A stretch of 64,000 nucleotides of DNA from an uncultured Alteromonadaceae bacterium (GTDB taxonomy: Bacteria > Pseudomonadota > Gammaproteobacteria > Pseudomonadales > Halieaceae): NCBI GenBank assembly GCA_964620555.1, contig CAZUGZ010000001.1, positions 13,667 to 77,666 of the forward strand. The letters run 5' to 3'. Below, one piece after another: positions 18,026-26,765 of this stretch. The translations under genes were made by a program, and so were the position numbers. The notes beneath the pieces were generated by a model. That model saw nothing but the letters and a program-made list of their open reading frames with translations, searched no databases and was not told the origin of the DNA. Numbering within the stretch: position 1 is the first letter of the stretch; each line of letters starts with the position of its first letter.

Positions 18026-19171
18026 GTGTCCAAGGTAGCAAGCCATTCCCTGACCCTGTTGCCGGTCGACGATGCGGCTACCCTGCGGCAATTCATTCGC
18101 GTTCCCCATCGCGTGTACCGGGATGACCCCAATTGGATTGCGCCACTGAATTTTCAGGAAAAACATCGTTTCAGCCCGGCTCGTCCCTTTTTTGAGCACG
18201 CCCGCTGGCGGGGCTGGGTGGTGCTTGGCGACGGCCGGCCACTGGGCCGGATCAGTGCCCAGGTGGATGATCTTCATCAACAGCGCTATCGGGACCATAC
18301 CGGCAGCTTCGGCATGCTGGAGGCGATAGACGACCCCGAGGTGTTTCAACTGCTGTTCGAGGCCGCGCAGAACTGGCTGCGCGAACAGGGCATGCGGCGG
18401 GTGCGTGGCCCCTTCAACCTGACCATCAACGAGGAGGTGGGTATGCTGGTGGAAGGCCTGCAGTACCCGCCCTGTTTTTTGATGGGACACGGTCGTACCT
18501 ATTACGACCTCAGGGTCAGGGACCAGGGCTTCGCCAAGTGCAAGGATGTGCTGGCCTTCCGCATCAATCCGGATTTTGAGGCACCACCGGTAATGACGAA
18601 GCTGGCGCAACGTGCGTCGCGAAAAGTCAGCGTACGGCCGCTGAACCGGAGCCGGCTGGCCCAGGACACCGAAATCATGCGCACCATTTTCAATGACGCC
18701 TGGCAGCACAACTGGGGTTTTGTGCCCTTTACCGACAACGAGTTCAGTGACCTGGTAAAGTCCCTGATCCTGGTGTTGCCCGAAGACTATGTGCAAATCG
18801 CCACCTATGAAGGTCGGCCGGCTGCCTTCATCGTCATGCTGCCCAACCTCAACGAGGCCATACGGGGCCTGCGCGGGCGCGTTTTTCCCCTGGGATGGCT
18901 CACCATACTGTGGCGCTTCAAGGTTCGTGGCCTGCGCTCCGGGCGGGTACCCCTGATGGGTGTGTGCCAGGAATTCCAGAATTCTCCAGCGGGTCCGGTC
19001 ATGGCCTTTCTGGTGATCGATGCCGTGCGCAAGCGGGCCGCCGCACGGGGTATGGTGGAAACCGAAATGGGCTGGGTGCTGGAAGACAACCAGGCCATGT
19101 GCAATATCATCGAGACCATTGGGGGCGAGGCCTACAAGCGCTATCGAATCTACGAGAAGGAGCTGGACTGA
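18026..19171 (+). CDS. GNAT-fold N-acyltransferase, candidate bacterial ceramide synthase (bCerS-like)
   Basis: GTG start, 381 aa. LRQFIRVPHRVYRDDPNWIAPL, GRISAQVDD, FGMLEA, VRGPFNLTINEEVGMLVEG, WQHNWGFVPFTDNEF, MGWVLEDNQAM...YKRYRIYEKEL. Family assignment is by pattern memory. The functional call rests on the genomic context. Confidence 0.55.
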   Translation: MSKVASHSLTLLPVDDAATLRQFIRVPHRVYRDDPNWIAPLNFQEKHRFSPARPFFEHARWRGWVVLGDGRPLGRISAQVDDLHQQRYRDHTGSFGMLEAIDDPEVFQLLFEAAQNWLREQGMRRVRGPFNLTINEEVGMLVEGLQYPPCFLMGHGRTYYDLRVRDQGFAKCKDVLAFRINPDFEAPPVMTKLAQRASRKVSVRPLNRSRLAQDTEIMRTIFNDAWQHNWGFVPFTDNEFSDLVKSLILVLPEDYVQIATYEGRPAAFIVMLPNLNEAIRGLRGRVFPLGWLTILWRFKVRGLRSGRVPLMGVCQEFQNSPAGPVMAFLVIDAVRKRAAARGMVETEMGWVLEDNQAMCNIIETIGGEAYKRYRIYEKELD

Positions 19172-19175
19172 GACC

Positions 19176-19997
19176 GTGCAACTGGACCCGAAATCAAACC
19201 GCCTGTCGGCCATAGTGCTGGCCGGGGACCGAACCAAAGCCGATTCGCTGATCGCCCATTCCGGGGTCCCTTGCAAAGCACTGATCGATGTCGATGGCAC
19301 TCCCATGGTGCATCGGGTGATCAATGCCCTGAGGAGTTCCCAACTGGTCAATGGCATCCTGTTGTCCGGCCCGGAACGCGAGGAACTTGCCGGCGATGCC
19401 ACGCTGAGCGACTGGGTTGAACGGGGCGAAGTAGCCTGGCATTCGCCGCTGCATACTCCCAGTACCAGTGCCTTTGCCGCGCTGCAATCCCTGCCCAGGG
19501 AGGCCCCGGTATTGCTTACCACTGCGGACCACCCCCTGCTCAGCAAGGAAATCATCGATGCCTACGGCCGCCAGAGTCTGACGGATGACGTGGATGTAAC
19601 TGTGGCTCTGGCCCCCTACGCGCTGGTGCGGGAGGCCTATCCCGGCATGAAAAAGACAGTCCTCCGCTTCAGCGACGGCGAGTTCTGCGGCTGCAACCTG
19701 TTCGCCTTCCTCACTCCGGAGGGTCGCCGGGTCGCCCATTTCTGGCAAAAGATTGAACAGCAGCGCAAGAAGCCGCTGGCGCTGATTGCCCTGTTGGGCT
19801 GGTGGCCCCTGCTGCGCTATCACTTCGGCCTGCTGCCGCTGGAGGAGGCCCTGGCGAAGTTGAGCAAGCGTCTGGGTTTGCGGCTGCGCGCGATCATCCT
19901 GCCCTACGCCAATGCGGCGGTGGACGTGGATTCGATTTCCGACCTGATGATGGTGCGTGGTTCCTTCGAAAAACTGACTGGCGAGCAACGTCTGTAG
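19176..19997 (+). CDS. MobA-like nucleotidyltransferase-fold protein (NTP_transf_3-like)
   Basis: GTG start 4 nt after the preceding stop, about 273 aa. AIVLAGDRTKADSL...PCKALIDVDGTPMVHRV resembles the LAGG-x-SxR-hydrophobic...K.L..hydrophobic.G.phi-hydrophobic N-terminal NTP-binding pattern. TTADHPLL. Confidence 0.6.
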   Translation: MQLDPKSNRLSAIVLAGDRTKADSLIAHSGVPCKALIDVDGTPMVHRVINALRSSQLVNGILLSGPEREELAGDATLSDWVERGEVAWHSPLHTPSTSAFAALQSLPREAPVLLTTADHPLLSKEIIDAYGRQSLTDDVDVTVALAPYALVREAYPGMKKTVLRFSDGEFCGCNLFAFLTPEGRRVAHFWQKIEQQRKKPLALIALLGWWPLLRYHFGLLPLEEALAKLSKRLGLRLRAIILPYANAAVDVDSISDLMMVRGSFEKLTGEQRL

Positions 19998-20010
19998 ACG
20001 ACGACCCCGC

Positions 20011-21261
20011 TCAAACGCGGCGGATGTCGGCTCCCAGACTGGCCAGCTTGGCGTCGATATTGGCGTAACCCCGGTCCAGGTGGTAGACGCGGTCAATGGC
20101 GCTTTGGCCATCGGCAGCCAGCGCCGCGATGATCAGCGAGGCGGAGGCACGCAGGTCGGTGGCCATTACCGGCGCGCCCTGTAACCGGTCGCGGCCGCGG
20201 ATGACGGCGGTGTGCCCCTGCAGTTCGATGTCCGCACCCATGCGCTGCAGTTCGGCGACGTGCATGAAGCGGTTCTCGAAGATGTTTTCGACGATGGTGG
20301 CGGTGCCCTCGGCCACTGCGTTCAGTGCCATGAACTGGGCCTGCATGTCGGTGGGGAAAGCTGGATAGGGAGCGGTGCTGATGCTGACTGCCCGTGGACG
20401 GCGACCGTGGCTTTGCAGGCGCACCCAGTCTTCCCCCTGCGTCAATTCGGCGCCACTGGCCCTCAGTTTGTCCAGTACGAAGCCCAGATGCGCGGGTTGC
20501 GTCCGGCGAATGGTGACGTCGCCACGGGTGGCGGCCGCCGCGGCCAGGAAAGTGCCGCTCTCGATGCGGTCCGGCGGCACTCGATGGCGGGCCGCATGCA
20601 GTTGCCTGCGCCCGGAAATGCTCAGTGTACTGGTGCCGATTCCCGCGATCTTGCTGCCCATGGCATTCAGCATGGTGGCGAGGTTACCGACTTCCGGTTC
20701 CAGCGCGGCATTCTCGATGGTGGTATCGCCCTGCGCCAGGCTGGCCGCCATCATCAGATTCTCGGTGGCGGTTACCGAGGGCATGGTGAGGCGAATGCTG
20801 GCCCCCTGCAGACGCCGGCACCTGGCTTTGATATAGCCGCCCTCTATCTCGATCTCGGCGCCCATGCGCTGGAGACCTGAGATGTGTTCGTTTACCGGGC
20901 GGGAACCGATGGCACAGCCCCCGGGCAGGGAGACCACCGCTTCACCGAAGCGGGCCAGCAGCGGGCCCAGCAACAGAATCGAACCGCGCATGGTGCGGAC
21001 CAGTTCATAGGGTGCCCGTAGCGAATGAACTCCCGCCGCGTCGACGTCGAGTTGGTCGCCATCCCGTTCCAGGGTGCATCCCAGCAGTTCCAGCAATTCC
21101 AGCGCGGTGCTGATGTCCCGTACCTGGGGAATATTGCTGATGGTGACCGGTTCCGCACTGAGCAGGGTGGCGGCGATGGTGGGCAGGGCGGCATTCTTGG
21201 CGCCGGCGATGGTAGTTTCCCCGAGCAGTGGTTCGCTGCCGCCGACGAGCAATTTTTCCAT
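20011..21261 (-). CDS. murA: UDP-N-acetylglucosamine 1-carboxyvinyltransferase homologue (enolpyruvyl transferase, MurA family)
   Basis: Start MEKLLVGG at 21261, about 416 aa. Collinear with E. coli MurA along its full length: GAKNAALP (Lys22), [12 protein letters not shown] (catalytic Cys115/Arg120), PDRIESGTF (Asp305), [24 protein letters not shown] (Arg397), HLDRGY. 1-nt overlap (TGATG) with the Spt stop. Confidence 0.9.
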   Translation of the reverse strand: MEKLLVGGSEPLLGETTIAGAKNAALPTIAATLLSAEPVTISNIPQVRDISTALELLELLGCTLERDGDQLDVDAAGVHSLRAPYELVRTMRGSILLLGPLLARFGEAVVSLPGGCAIGSRPVNEHISGLQRMGAEIEIEGGYIKARCRRLQGASIRLTMPSVTATENLMMAASLAQGDTTIENAALEPEVGNLATMLNAMGSKIAGIGTSTLSISGRRQLHAARHRVPPDRIESGTFLAAAAATRGDVTIRRTQPAHLGFVLDKLRASGAELTQGEDWVRLQSHGRRPRAVSISTAPYPAFPTDMQAQFMALNAVAEGTATIVENIFENRFMHVAELQRMGADIELQGHTAVIRGRDRLQGAPVMATDLRASASLIIAALAADGQSAIDRVYHLDRGYANIDAKLASLGADIRRV

Positions 21262-22463
21262 CAGGCGACCCGTCTGGCGCGGATCAGATCGGAATCCAGC
21301 AAGCCTGCGTAGGCCCCGATGATGTGCTCGATCTGCTCGGGATTGTGGGCGGCACTCAGGCTGCAACGCAGCAGGCAGGTGGTGGAGGGAGAGGCGGGGG
21401 GAATTACCAGGTTGACGTACACCCCGGATTGCATGAGCGCATTCCAGCATTGGATGGCCTGATCCCGGCTGTCCAGTTCCACCGCCACCACCGGGCTCGG
21501 GGTCGGGCCCAGTTTCAGGCCCAGGGCCTGCAGACTGTCGTAGAGTCGGTGCGAGTACTCCCACAGGCGGGTGCGCAGCTCCGGTTCCTGGCGCACAATT
21601 TTCAGTGCCTCGCGGGTCGAGGCCACCACCGAGGGAGCGGAGGAAGCAGTGAAGATGTAGGCCCCTATGCAATAGCGGATACTCTCGAGCTGTGAATGTC
21701 GACTGACACAGTAGCCGCCGGTACCGCCCAGGCTCTTGCTGAAGGTGCCGACCGTGAAATCCACATCGGCCTCGATTCCAGCGGCTTCACTGGCACCGCG
21801 ACCCAACTCGCCCAGCACTCCCAGGGAGTGCGCCTCATCCACCATCAGGTAGCCACCGTATTGCCGTTTGACCGCGGCTATCTCCTGCAGCGGCGCGGTA
21901 TCTCCCAGCATACTGTAAATGCCCTCGACCACGATCAGGGTGTCGTCGGCGCGTTCGCCGAGGCGCCGCAGGCGCTTGGCGAGATCCTGGGGATCGTTGT
22001 GCTTGAAGCGGATGATATCGGCTCCGCTGAGTTTTACCCCGGCATAAATGCTTGCGTGGCTGTCGGCATCCAGCAGGATGACGTCGCCCGGGCCCGCCAG
22101 GGTGGCACACATGCCCATGGTGGAAGAGTAGCCGGTAGTAAAGCAGATGGCGTGGTCAACCCCGTGGAATTCGGCCAGTTCCCGTTCCAGCAACTCGTGC
22201 TCCAGGAAGGAACCATTGGCCACCCGGGACCCGGTGGTGCCGGTGCCCCAGCGTTCGGCGGCGGCCTGGGCCGCGGCGATACAGCGGGGATGCCAGGCCA
22301 GGCCCAGGTAGTTGTTACTGCCCGCCAGGATGACCCGAAAGCCGCCGACCATGCCTTCCGTGGCGGACAACAGGCGCTCGGTAACGGCGCCAAAGGGCTT
22401 GACTTCACGCTCGGCCAGTTGCCGCTGAAACTCGATCATGGATTGGAATTTGTCGAACAGCAT
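21261..22463 (-). CDS. spt: Alpha-oxoamine synthase, serine palmitoyltransferase-like
   Basis: 400 aa PLP enzyme. [20 protein letters not shown]-lysine motif [14 protein letters not shown] associate the TFSKS form with Spt; BioF/Kbl typically have G-K-A. A dedicated ACP gene lies 5 nt upstream. Confidence 0.75.
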   Translation of the reverse strand: MLFDKFQSMIEFQRQLAEREVKPFGAVTERLLSATEGMVGGFRVILAGSNNYLGLAWHPRCIAAAQAAAERWGTGTTGSRVANGSFLEHELLERELAEFHGVDHAICFTTGYSSTMGMCATLAGPGDVILLDADSHASIYAGVKLSGADIIRFKHNDPQDLAKRLRRLGERADDTLIVVEGIYSMLGDTAPLQEIAAVKRQYGGYLMVDEAHSLGVLGELGRGASEAAGIEADVDFTVGTFSKSLGGTGGYCVSRHSQLESIRYCIGAYIFTASSAPSVVASTREALKIVRQEPELRTRLWEYSHRLYDSLQALGLKLGPTPSPVVAVELDSRDQAIQCWNALMQSGVYVNLVIPPASPSTTCLLRCSLSAAHNPEQIEHIIGAYAGLLDSDLIRARRVA

Positions 22464-22468
22464 GGGCT

Positions 22469-22711
22469 TCAGTCCTGCAGTTCCCCCAGCTTGGTGGCGA
22501 GTTGGCCGATAGTGCTGATGGCGGGAAGAATATTCAAGGGGATGGATAGATCGAACTCATCTTCTATCTGCTCGATGAATTCCATTACCTCCAGTGAACT
22601 CATGCCGAGGTCGCCGACCAGTTCGGTGGTCTCCGACAAGCCCGGTTCCGGGGTCTGCGCGGACCCGAGCTGGCGGTAGATGAAGTCCAGGTATTGCTGG
22701 TAGTTCGCCAT
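22469..22711 (-). CDS. Acyl carrier protein (dedicated)
   Basis: 80 aa from MANYQQYLDF. Phosphopantetheine site region GDLGMSSLEVMEFIEQIEDEF. Confidence 0.8.
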   Translation of the reverse strand: MANYQQYLDFIYRQLGSAQTPEPGLSETTELVGDLGMSSLEVMEFIEQIEDEFDLSIPLNILPAISTIGQLATKLGELQD

Positions 22712-22850
22712 GGTTGTCACATTCCCGACTGCGCCGTTGGAGTAGAACCTGTCTGGCACTGTCGAGGGCGAGTCGCCAGCACAGCCCAGATGCCATACAC
22801 TGGTGCGGGGACTCCCGTTATTCCAGCATCGAAACTATACCGACCGTGAC

Positions 22851-23936
22851 ATGCCAATACCAGTAGTCTGGGTGATCGACGCCTACCGGGCCGGAGAACG
22901 CAGCCAGGTGCTGGCGCTGGCAGAGGCGCTGGACTGGCCATTTGCGGTGAAGCGTCTGCGCTATCGAAAATACGAGTTCGCGACCAATATTCTGCAGCGC
23001 AGCGACCTGCGTGGGATTCGCCGCGCAACTTCCGATGCGCTGGCGGCGCCCTGGCCGGACCTGGTGATTTCTTCGGGGCTGCGCAATGAGGCGGTATGCC
23101 GGTGGATCAGAAACCAGTCCGGCGGCGCCACGCGCATCGTCCACGTGGGTAACCCCTGGGCTGATCCGGCGCGCTTTGATCTGGTGATTACCACTCCCCA
23201 ATACCGTATCCCGGTGCGTGACAACGTGCTGCAAAACCGTTTGACCCTGAACGCGGTCAGCCGGGATCGATTGCGCGCTGAAGCGGCTGTCTGGGAGCCG
23301 CGCTACCGCGATTTGCCCACTCCCTACACTACCGTGGCGGTGGGCGGCAACAGCGGCCCCTTCACCTTCGGCAAGCGCGCTGCCGCCCGTCTGGCACGGC
23401 AGGTCAACCAGTTGGTGCGGCACAGCGGCGGTTCGGCCCTGGTGACCACCAGTGCGCGCACCTCCGCCGCTGCCGCCGCAGTGCTGCAGGCCGGGTTACA
23501 GGTGCCCAACCACTACCACCGGTGGCGCGCGGACGACCCGGCCAATCCCTACTTTGGCATGTTGGCAGTGGCCTCACAATTGGTGGTAACCGGTGACAGC
23601 ATCGGTATGATTTCGGAAGCCTGCGCCACCGGCAAACCGGTGTACCTGTTTGACCTGGGCCGCGGCATGCTGGCCATGGAGGACGCCGCCGACGGAGCGT
23701 GGTACGAAAACGACTGGCGTGTGGGCGGGGTACTCTACCGCCTGTTGATGCGCCTGCTGTGGCGCAAGCTGAGCCGTGATATCCGCCTGGTTCACAGACC
23801 CCTGGTGGCGCAGCGGCGCGTGGCCTGGCTGGGCAAACCGGCACCTTCACCAGCCCACACCGACGCCGACATGGACTCGGCAGTGGCCGCAGTGCGGAAT
23901 TTATTTGCCGATTTCCCCCGCCTCGACCGACACTAG
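22851..23936 (+). CDS. ELM1/DUF1022-family putative glycosyltransferase, paralogue 1
   Basis: Start MPIPVVWVI. PWPDLVISSGLRNE, HVGNPWADPARFDLVITTPQY, VAVGGNSGPF, LVTTSARTS, NPYFGMLAVASQLVVTGDSIGMISEACATGKPVYLFDL. The 3' end overlaps the convergent ABC exporter by 36 nt. Confidence 0.75.
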   Translation: MPIPVVWVIDAYRAGERSQVLALAEALDWPFAVKRLRYRKYEFATNILQRSDLRGIRRATSDALAAPWPDLVISSGLRNEAVCRWIRNQSGGATRIVHVGNPWADPARFDLVITTPQYRIPVRDNVLQNRLTLNAVSRDRLRAEAAVWEPRYRDLPTPYTTVAVGGNSGPFTFGKRAAARLARQVNQLVRHSGGSALVTTSARTSAAAAAVLQAGLQVPNHYHRWRADDPANPYFGMLAVASQLVVTGDSIGMISEACATGKPVYLFDLGRGMLAMEDAADGAWYENDWRVGGVLYRLLMRLLWRKLSRDIRLVHRPLVAQRRVAWLGKPAPSPAHTDADMDSAVAAVRNLFADFPRLDRH

Positions 23937-25640
23937 TTCGGCGCCACCGGCTTCCAGGCGGTAGACCCGGTCTGCCGCTTCCATCATCGAGCGATTGTGG
24001 GTGATGGCGAGTATGGTCAGTTGTCCCTTGAGACTCTCCAGGGTACGCCGCACCGCCGCTTCGCTGTCGGCATCCAGGGCGCTGGTGGCTTCGTCGAGTA
24101 TCAACAGTTGCGGCCGATTGATCAGCGCCCTGGCGATGGCGATGCGCTGGCGCTGACCACCCGACAGTTTGCCGCCGCCTTCCCCCACCATGGTGGCACA
24201 GCCCTGGGGCAGGGGTTCGATGAATTGCCAGGCACCGGCCGCTCGCAGTGCCTGTTCCACGTCGCCGGCATCGAGTGCGGGATCGCCCAGGGTGACATTG
24301 TGCTCGATAGTGTCGTGCAGCAACACGGTTTCCTGGGGCACGTAACCGATCAGGCTGCGCCAGGCCCGGATGTCCAGTTCTCCCAGCGCGGTACCATCCA
24401 CCGCCACCGTCCCGGAATCCGGTTGTATCAAACCGATGGCGAGATCGATGAGACTGGTCTTGCCGACACCCGAGGCGCCCACCAGGGTGGTGAGTCGGCC
24501 CGCCTCCAGGTACAGATTCAGATTCGCAAATACCTGCCGCCGATCGTAACTGAGGTCGATGGCGGAGAAGGAGACGCCTCGCTTCAGGCTCGGGGTGGCG
24601 CCACCAAACAGATGTTCCCGCTCCTGCTCCGCGGCTTCGACCGATTCCAGCATCGCCCAATAGGCGCTTTCGCCCTGGGCCAGCTTCTGGTACTGCTTCT
24701 GCACTTTGCCGAGGAAGGCAAAACCACGCCCCAGGGTCAGTACCAGTACCATCACCGTGGGCAAATCCATGGTGAACAGTTGCAGGGCGGCGTAAATTCC
24801 GAGCGCGATGAAAACCGCGAACAGAAATTCCTGGGCGCCGTCCAGTACCGCACCGCTGAGCACTGCCTTGCGCAACGCCTTGTTGAGTCGCAGCGTGTCC
24901 CCGGCCAGGGCCCGGTCCGCCAGGTGCTCCCGGGCCATGGCCTTGAGCGGTTTGACCGATTGCAGGGTGTCGGTCAGGTTGGCCATCAGGGAAGTGAGCA
25001 GCTTGGTCTGGCGCTTGCCGGCCCGGCGCGTGATGCGGACCAGGAAGTGTGAGCACAGCATGACCAGGGCACCCGCCGCCACCGCCGCCAGGCTGGCACT
25101 CCAGGACACCGCAAACGCCACCCCTCCGTACACCGAGGCCTGCACCAGGTAGGTCAGGGCGGTGGCGCCGTGGACGAAAGAAGCGGATGCGCGCTGGGCC
25201 TCCGTGGCCAGGGAATTGGTCAACTTGCCGATCGGTTGGTGCAGGAAATACTTCCATTTGCTGCGCATTACCGCCCGCAACATTCGCAGCCGCAGGTCGG
25301 TGCCGACCTGGGCGGCGGTGTAGCCCACCTGGCGGTTGGCGACGATTAGCAGCAGGCTTTTCAGCAGCACCATGAGGACGATGATCAACAACAGGTTGAC
25401 CAGGCTGGGGTCGATATCCATGCGCCCCAACAGTTCCAGTACCTGGCGTTCGAAATCGTTTTGCATGGCGCTGTCCGGCAAGCCCGCGGCGCTACTGGCC
25501 TGGGACCCCAGTGCCACGTTCAGCAGCGGCAGCAGGGCGGACAAACCCAGGCCTTCCATCAATCCGGACAACAGCAGCGCCATCAGCATCAGCACGGTTT
25601 GCAGTGGGTAGGCAGAGAAAAAACTCAGCATCAACCGCAT
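23901..25640 (-). CDS. ABC exporter, fused TMD-NBD half-transporter (MsbA-like lipid flippase family)
   Basis: 579 aa. Six predicted TM helices, Walker A GASGVGKTS, signature LSGGQRQRIAIARAL, Walker B LLILDEATSALD. Confidence 0.9.
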   Translation of the reverse strand: MRLMLSFFSAYPLQTVLMLMALLLSGLMEGLGLSALLPLLNVALGSQASSAAGLPDSAMQNDFERQVLELLGRMDIDPSLVNLLLIIVLMVLLKSLLLIVANRQVGYTAAQVGTDLRLRMLRAVMRSKWKYFLHQPIGKLTNSLATEAQRASASFVHGATALTYLVQASVYGGVAFAVSWSASLAAVAAGALVMLCSHFLVRITRRAGKRQTKLLTSLMANLTDTLQSVKPLKAMAREHLADRALAGDTLRLNKALRKAVLSGAVLDGAQEFLFAVFIALGIYAALQLFTMDLPTVMVLVLTLGRGFAFLGKVQKQYQKLAQGESAYWAMLESVEAAEQEREHLFGGATPSLKRGVSFSAIDLSYDRRQVFANLNLYLEAGRLTTLVGASGVGKTSLIDLAIGLIQPDSGTVAVDGTALGELDIRAWRSLIGYVPQETVLLHDTIEHNVTLGDPALDAGDVEQALRAAGAWQFIEPLPQGCATMVGEGGGKLSGGQRQRIAIARALINRPQLLILDEATSALDADSEAAVRRTLESLKGQLTILAITHNRSMMEAADRVYRLEAGGAELVSVEAGEIGK

Positions 25641-25691
25641 CGACTGAAAGCTCCCGGATTGGCGTGTGCGACTGTATTCTCGATCATTCCG

Positions 25692-26765
25692 TCACCAGCG
25701 CATGGAGAGCAGCGACAGGCCGGCGCACAGCAGCACGAAGAGTATCGGGATGGATGCCGTAAGCTGCGGGCTGAGCTGGGCCATTTGCCCCAACGCCCAG
25801 ATGATCTGGGTGGCCATGAAAAACCCCACGCCAATCAGCGCTCCCAGCGCCAGCCGGATACCGATGACCGGTCCGCGCTGGGTACTGACGATGGCGCTCA
25901 TGGGGATGGCCAGCAGTACCATTGCGGCCACCGCCAGGGGCAGGGTCGCCCGTTGCCAGAAGTTCATGGCGTGGGCCGCGTAGGGTTGCCGGTTGCGCTT
26001 GAGGTAGGCGATGTACTCTCCCAGTACCGACAGCCGGATGCTGTCGCTGCTAAGCGACAGGGTAGGTAACTCGGCGGGTGACCAGAGGTTGTCGATTTCC
26101 ACTTCCCGCCGCAGGGTGGTGACCAGTTCACCGTCCTGCAACCGCTTTTGCCTGACCTGCTGGAACTGCCAGCGGCGATCCTCGCTGACGCTGGCGCTGG
26201 ATGCCTCCAGCGCCAGCAGCAGGCGTCCCTGGTCATCGAATTGAAACAGACTGATGGCGCCGGGCTGGTGCCCCTTGCCCATGGCGCCCAGGTGAATAAA
26301 GCGCTGCTCCTGCCGGGACCATACTCCGCCGTCGGGCAGCAGTTCGGGAAGCTCGTTGCGGGCGGCGGATTTCATTTGCTGGGCAGACTGAAAGAGTACG
26401 GGCGAGATCAGTTCCGTCAGTATCCAGAGCACTGCCAATAGTCCGCCGGTGGGTAGTGCAATGGCTTTGAGCAGTGAACTTCGCGACACTCCGGATGCGC
26501 AAATGACGGTCAACTCATGGTGGCGGCCCAGCCCCGCCAGGGCCAGGATGGTACCCAGCAGGAAGATTACCGGCGCCAGCGCCAACAGGCGATTGGGCAG
26601 AGTCAGCAAGGCGAACTGAATGACCTGTGGGATCCCGTACCCGCCGTGAACGCGTTCCAGTTGTTCCATCAGGCCGATGATGGCAAACACCGTTCCCACT
26701 ACCAGCAGCGCCGACAGCCAGCCGCTGAGCAGACGGGTAGCGAGATAGCGGGTCAGGATCGTCAT
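25692..26765 (-). CDS. LptG-like permease (YjgP/YjgQ family)
   Basis: Start MTILTRYLATRLL at 26765 (ATGA overlap with the upstream gene), about 357 aa. Three TM segments, a periplasmic middle domain, then three TM segments. Confidence 0.8.
   Translation of the reverse strand: MTILTRYLATRLLSGWLSALLVVGTVFAIIGLMEQLERVHGGYGIPQVIQFALLTLPNRLLALAPVIFLLGTILALAGLGRHHELTVICASGVSRSSLLKAIALPTGGLLAVLWILTELISPVLFQSAQQMKSAARNELPELLPDGGVWSRQEQRFIHLGAMGKGHQPGAISLFQFDDQGRLLLALEASSASVSEDRRWQFQQVRQKRLQDGELVTTLRREVEIDNLWSPAELPTLSLSSDSIRLSVLGEYIAYLKRNRQPYAAHAMNFWQRATLPLAVAAMVLLAIPMSAIVSTQRGPVIGIRLALGALIGVGFFMATQIIWALGQMAQLSPQLTASIPILFVLLCAGLSLLSMRW

Noticed and set aside
17972-19555. 527-aa minus-strand ORF
   Set aside because: Antisense to the GNAT-like and nucleotidyltransferase genes. 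No motifs and a biased composition.
23404-25257. 617-aa minus-strand ORF, extremely Pro/Arg/Gly-rich
   Set aside because: It is an alternative frame of the ABC exporter gene and also overlaps the ELM1 gene. The exporter frame carries Walker A, signature and Walker B motifs.
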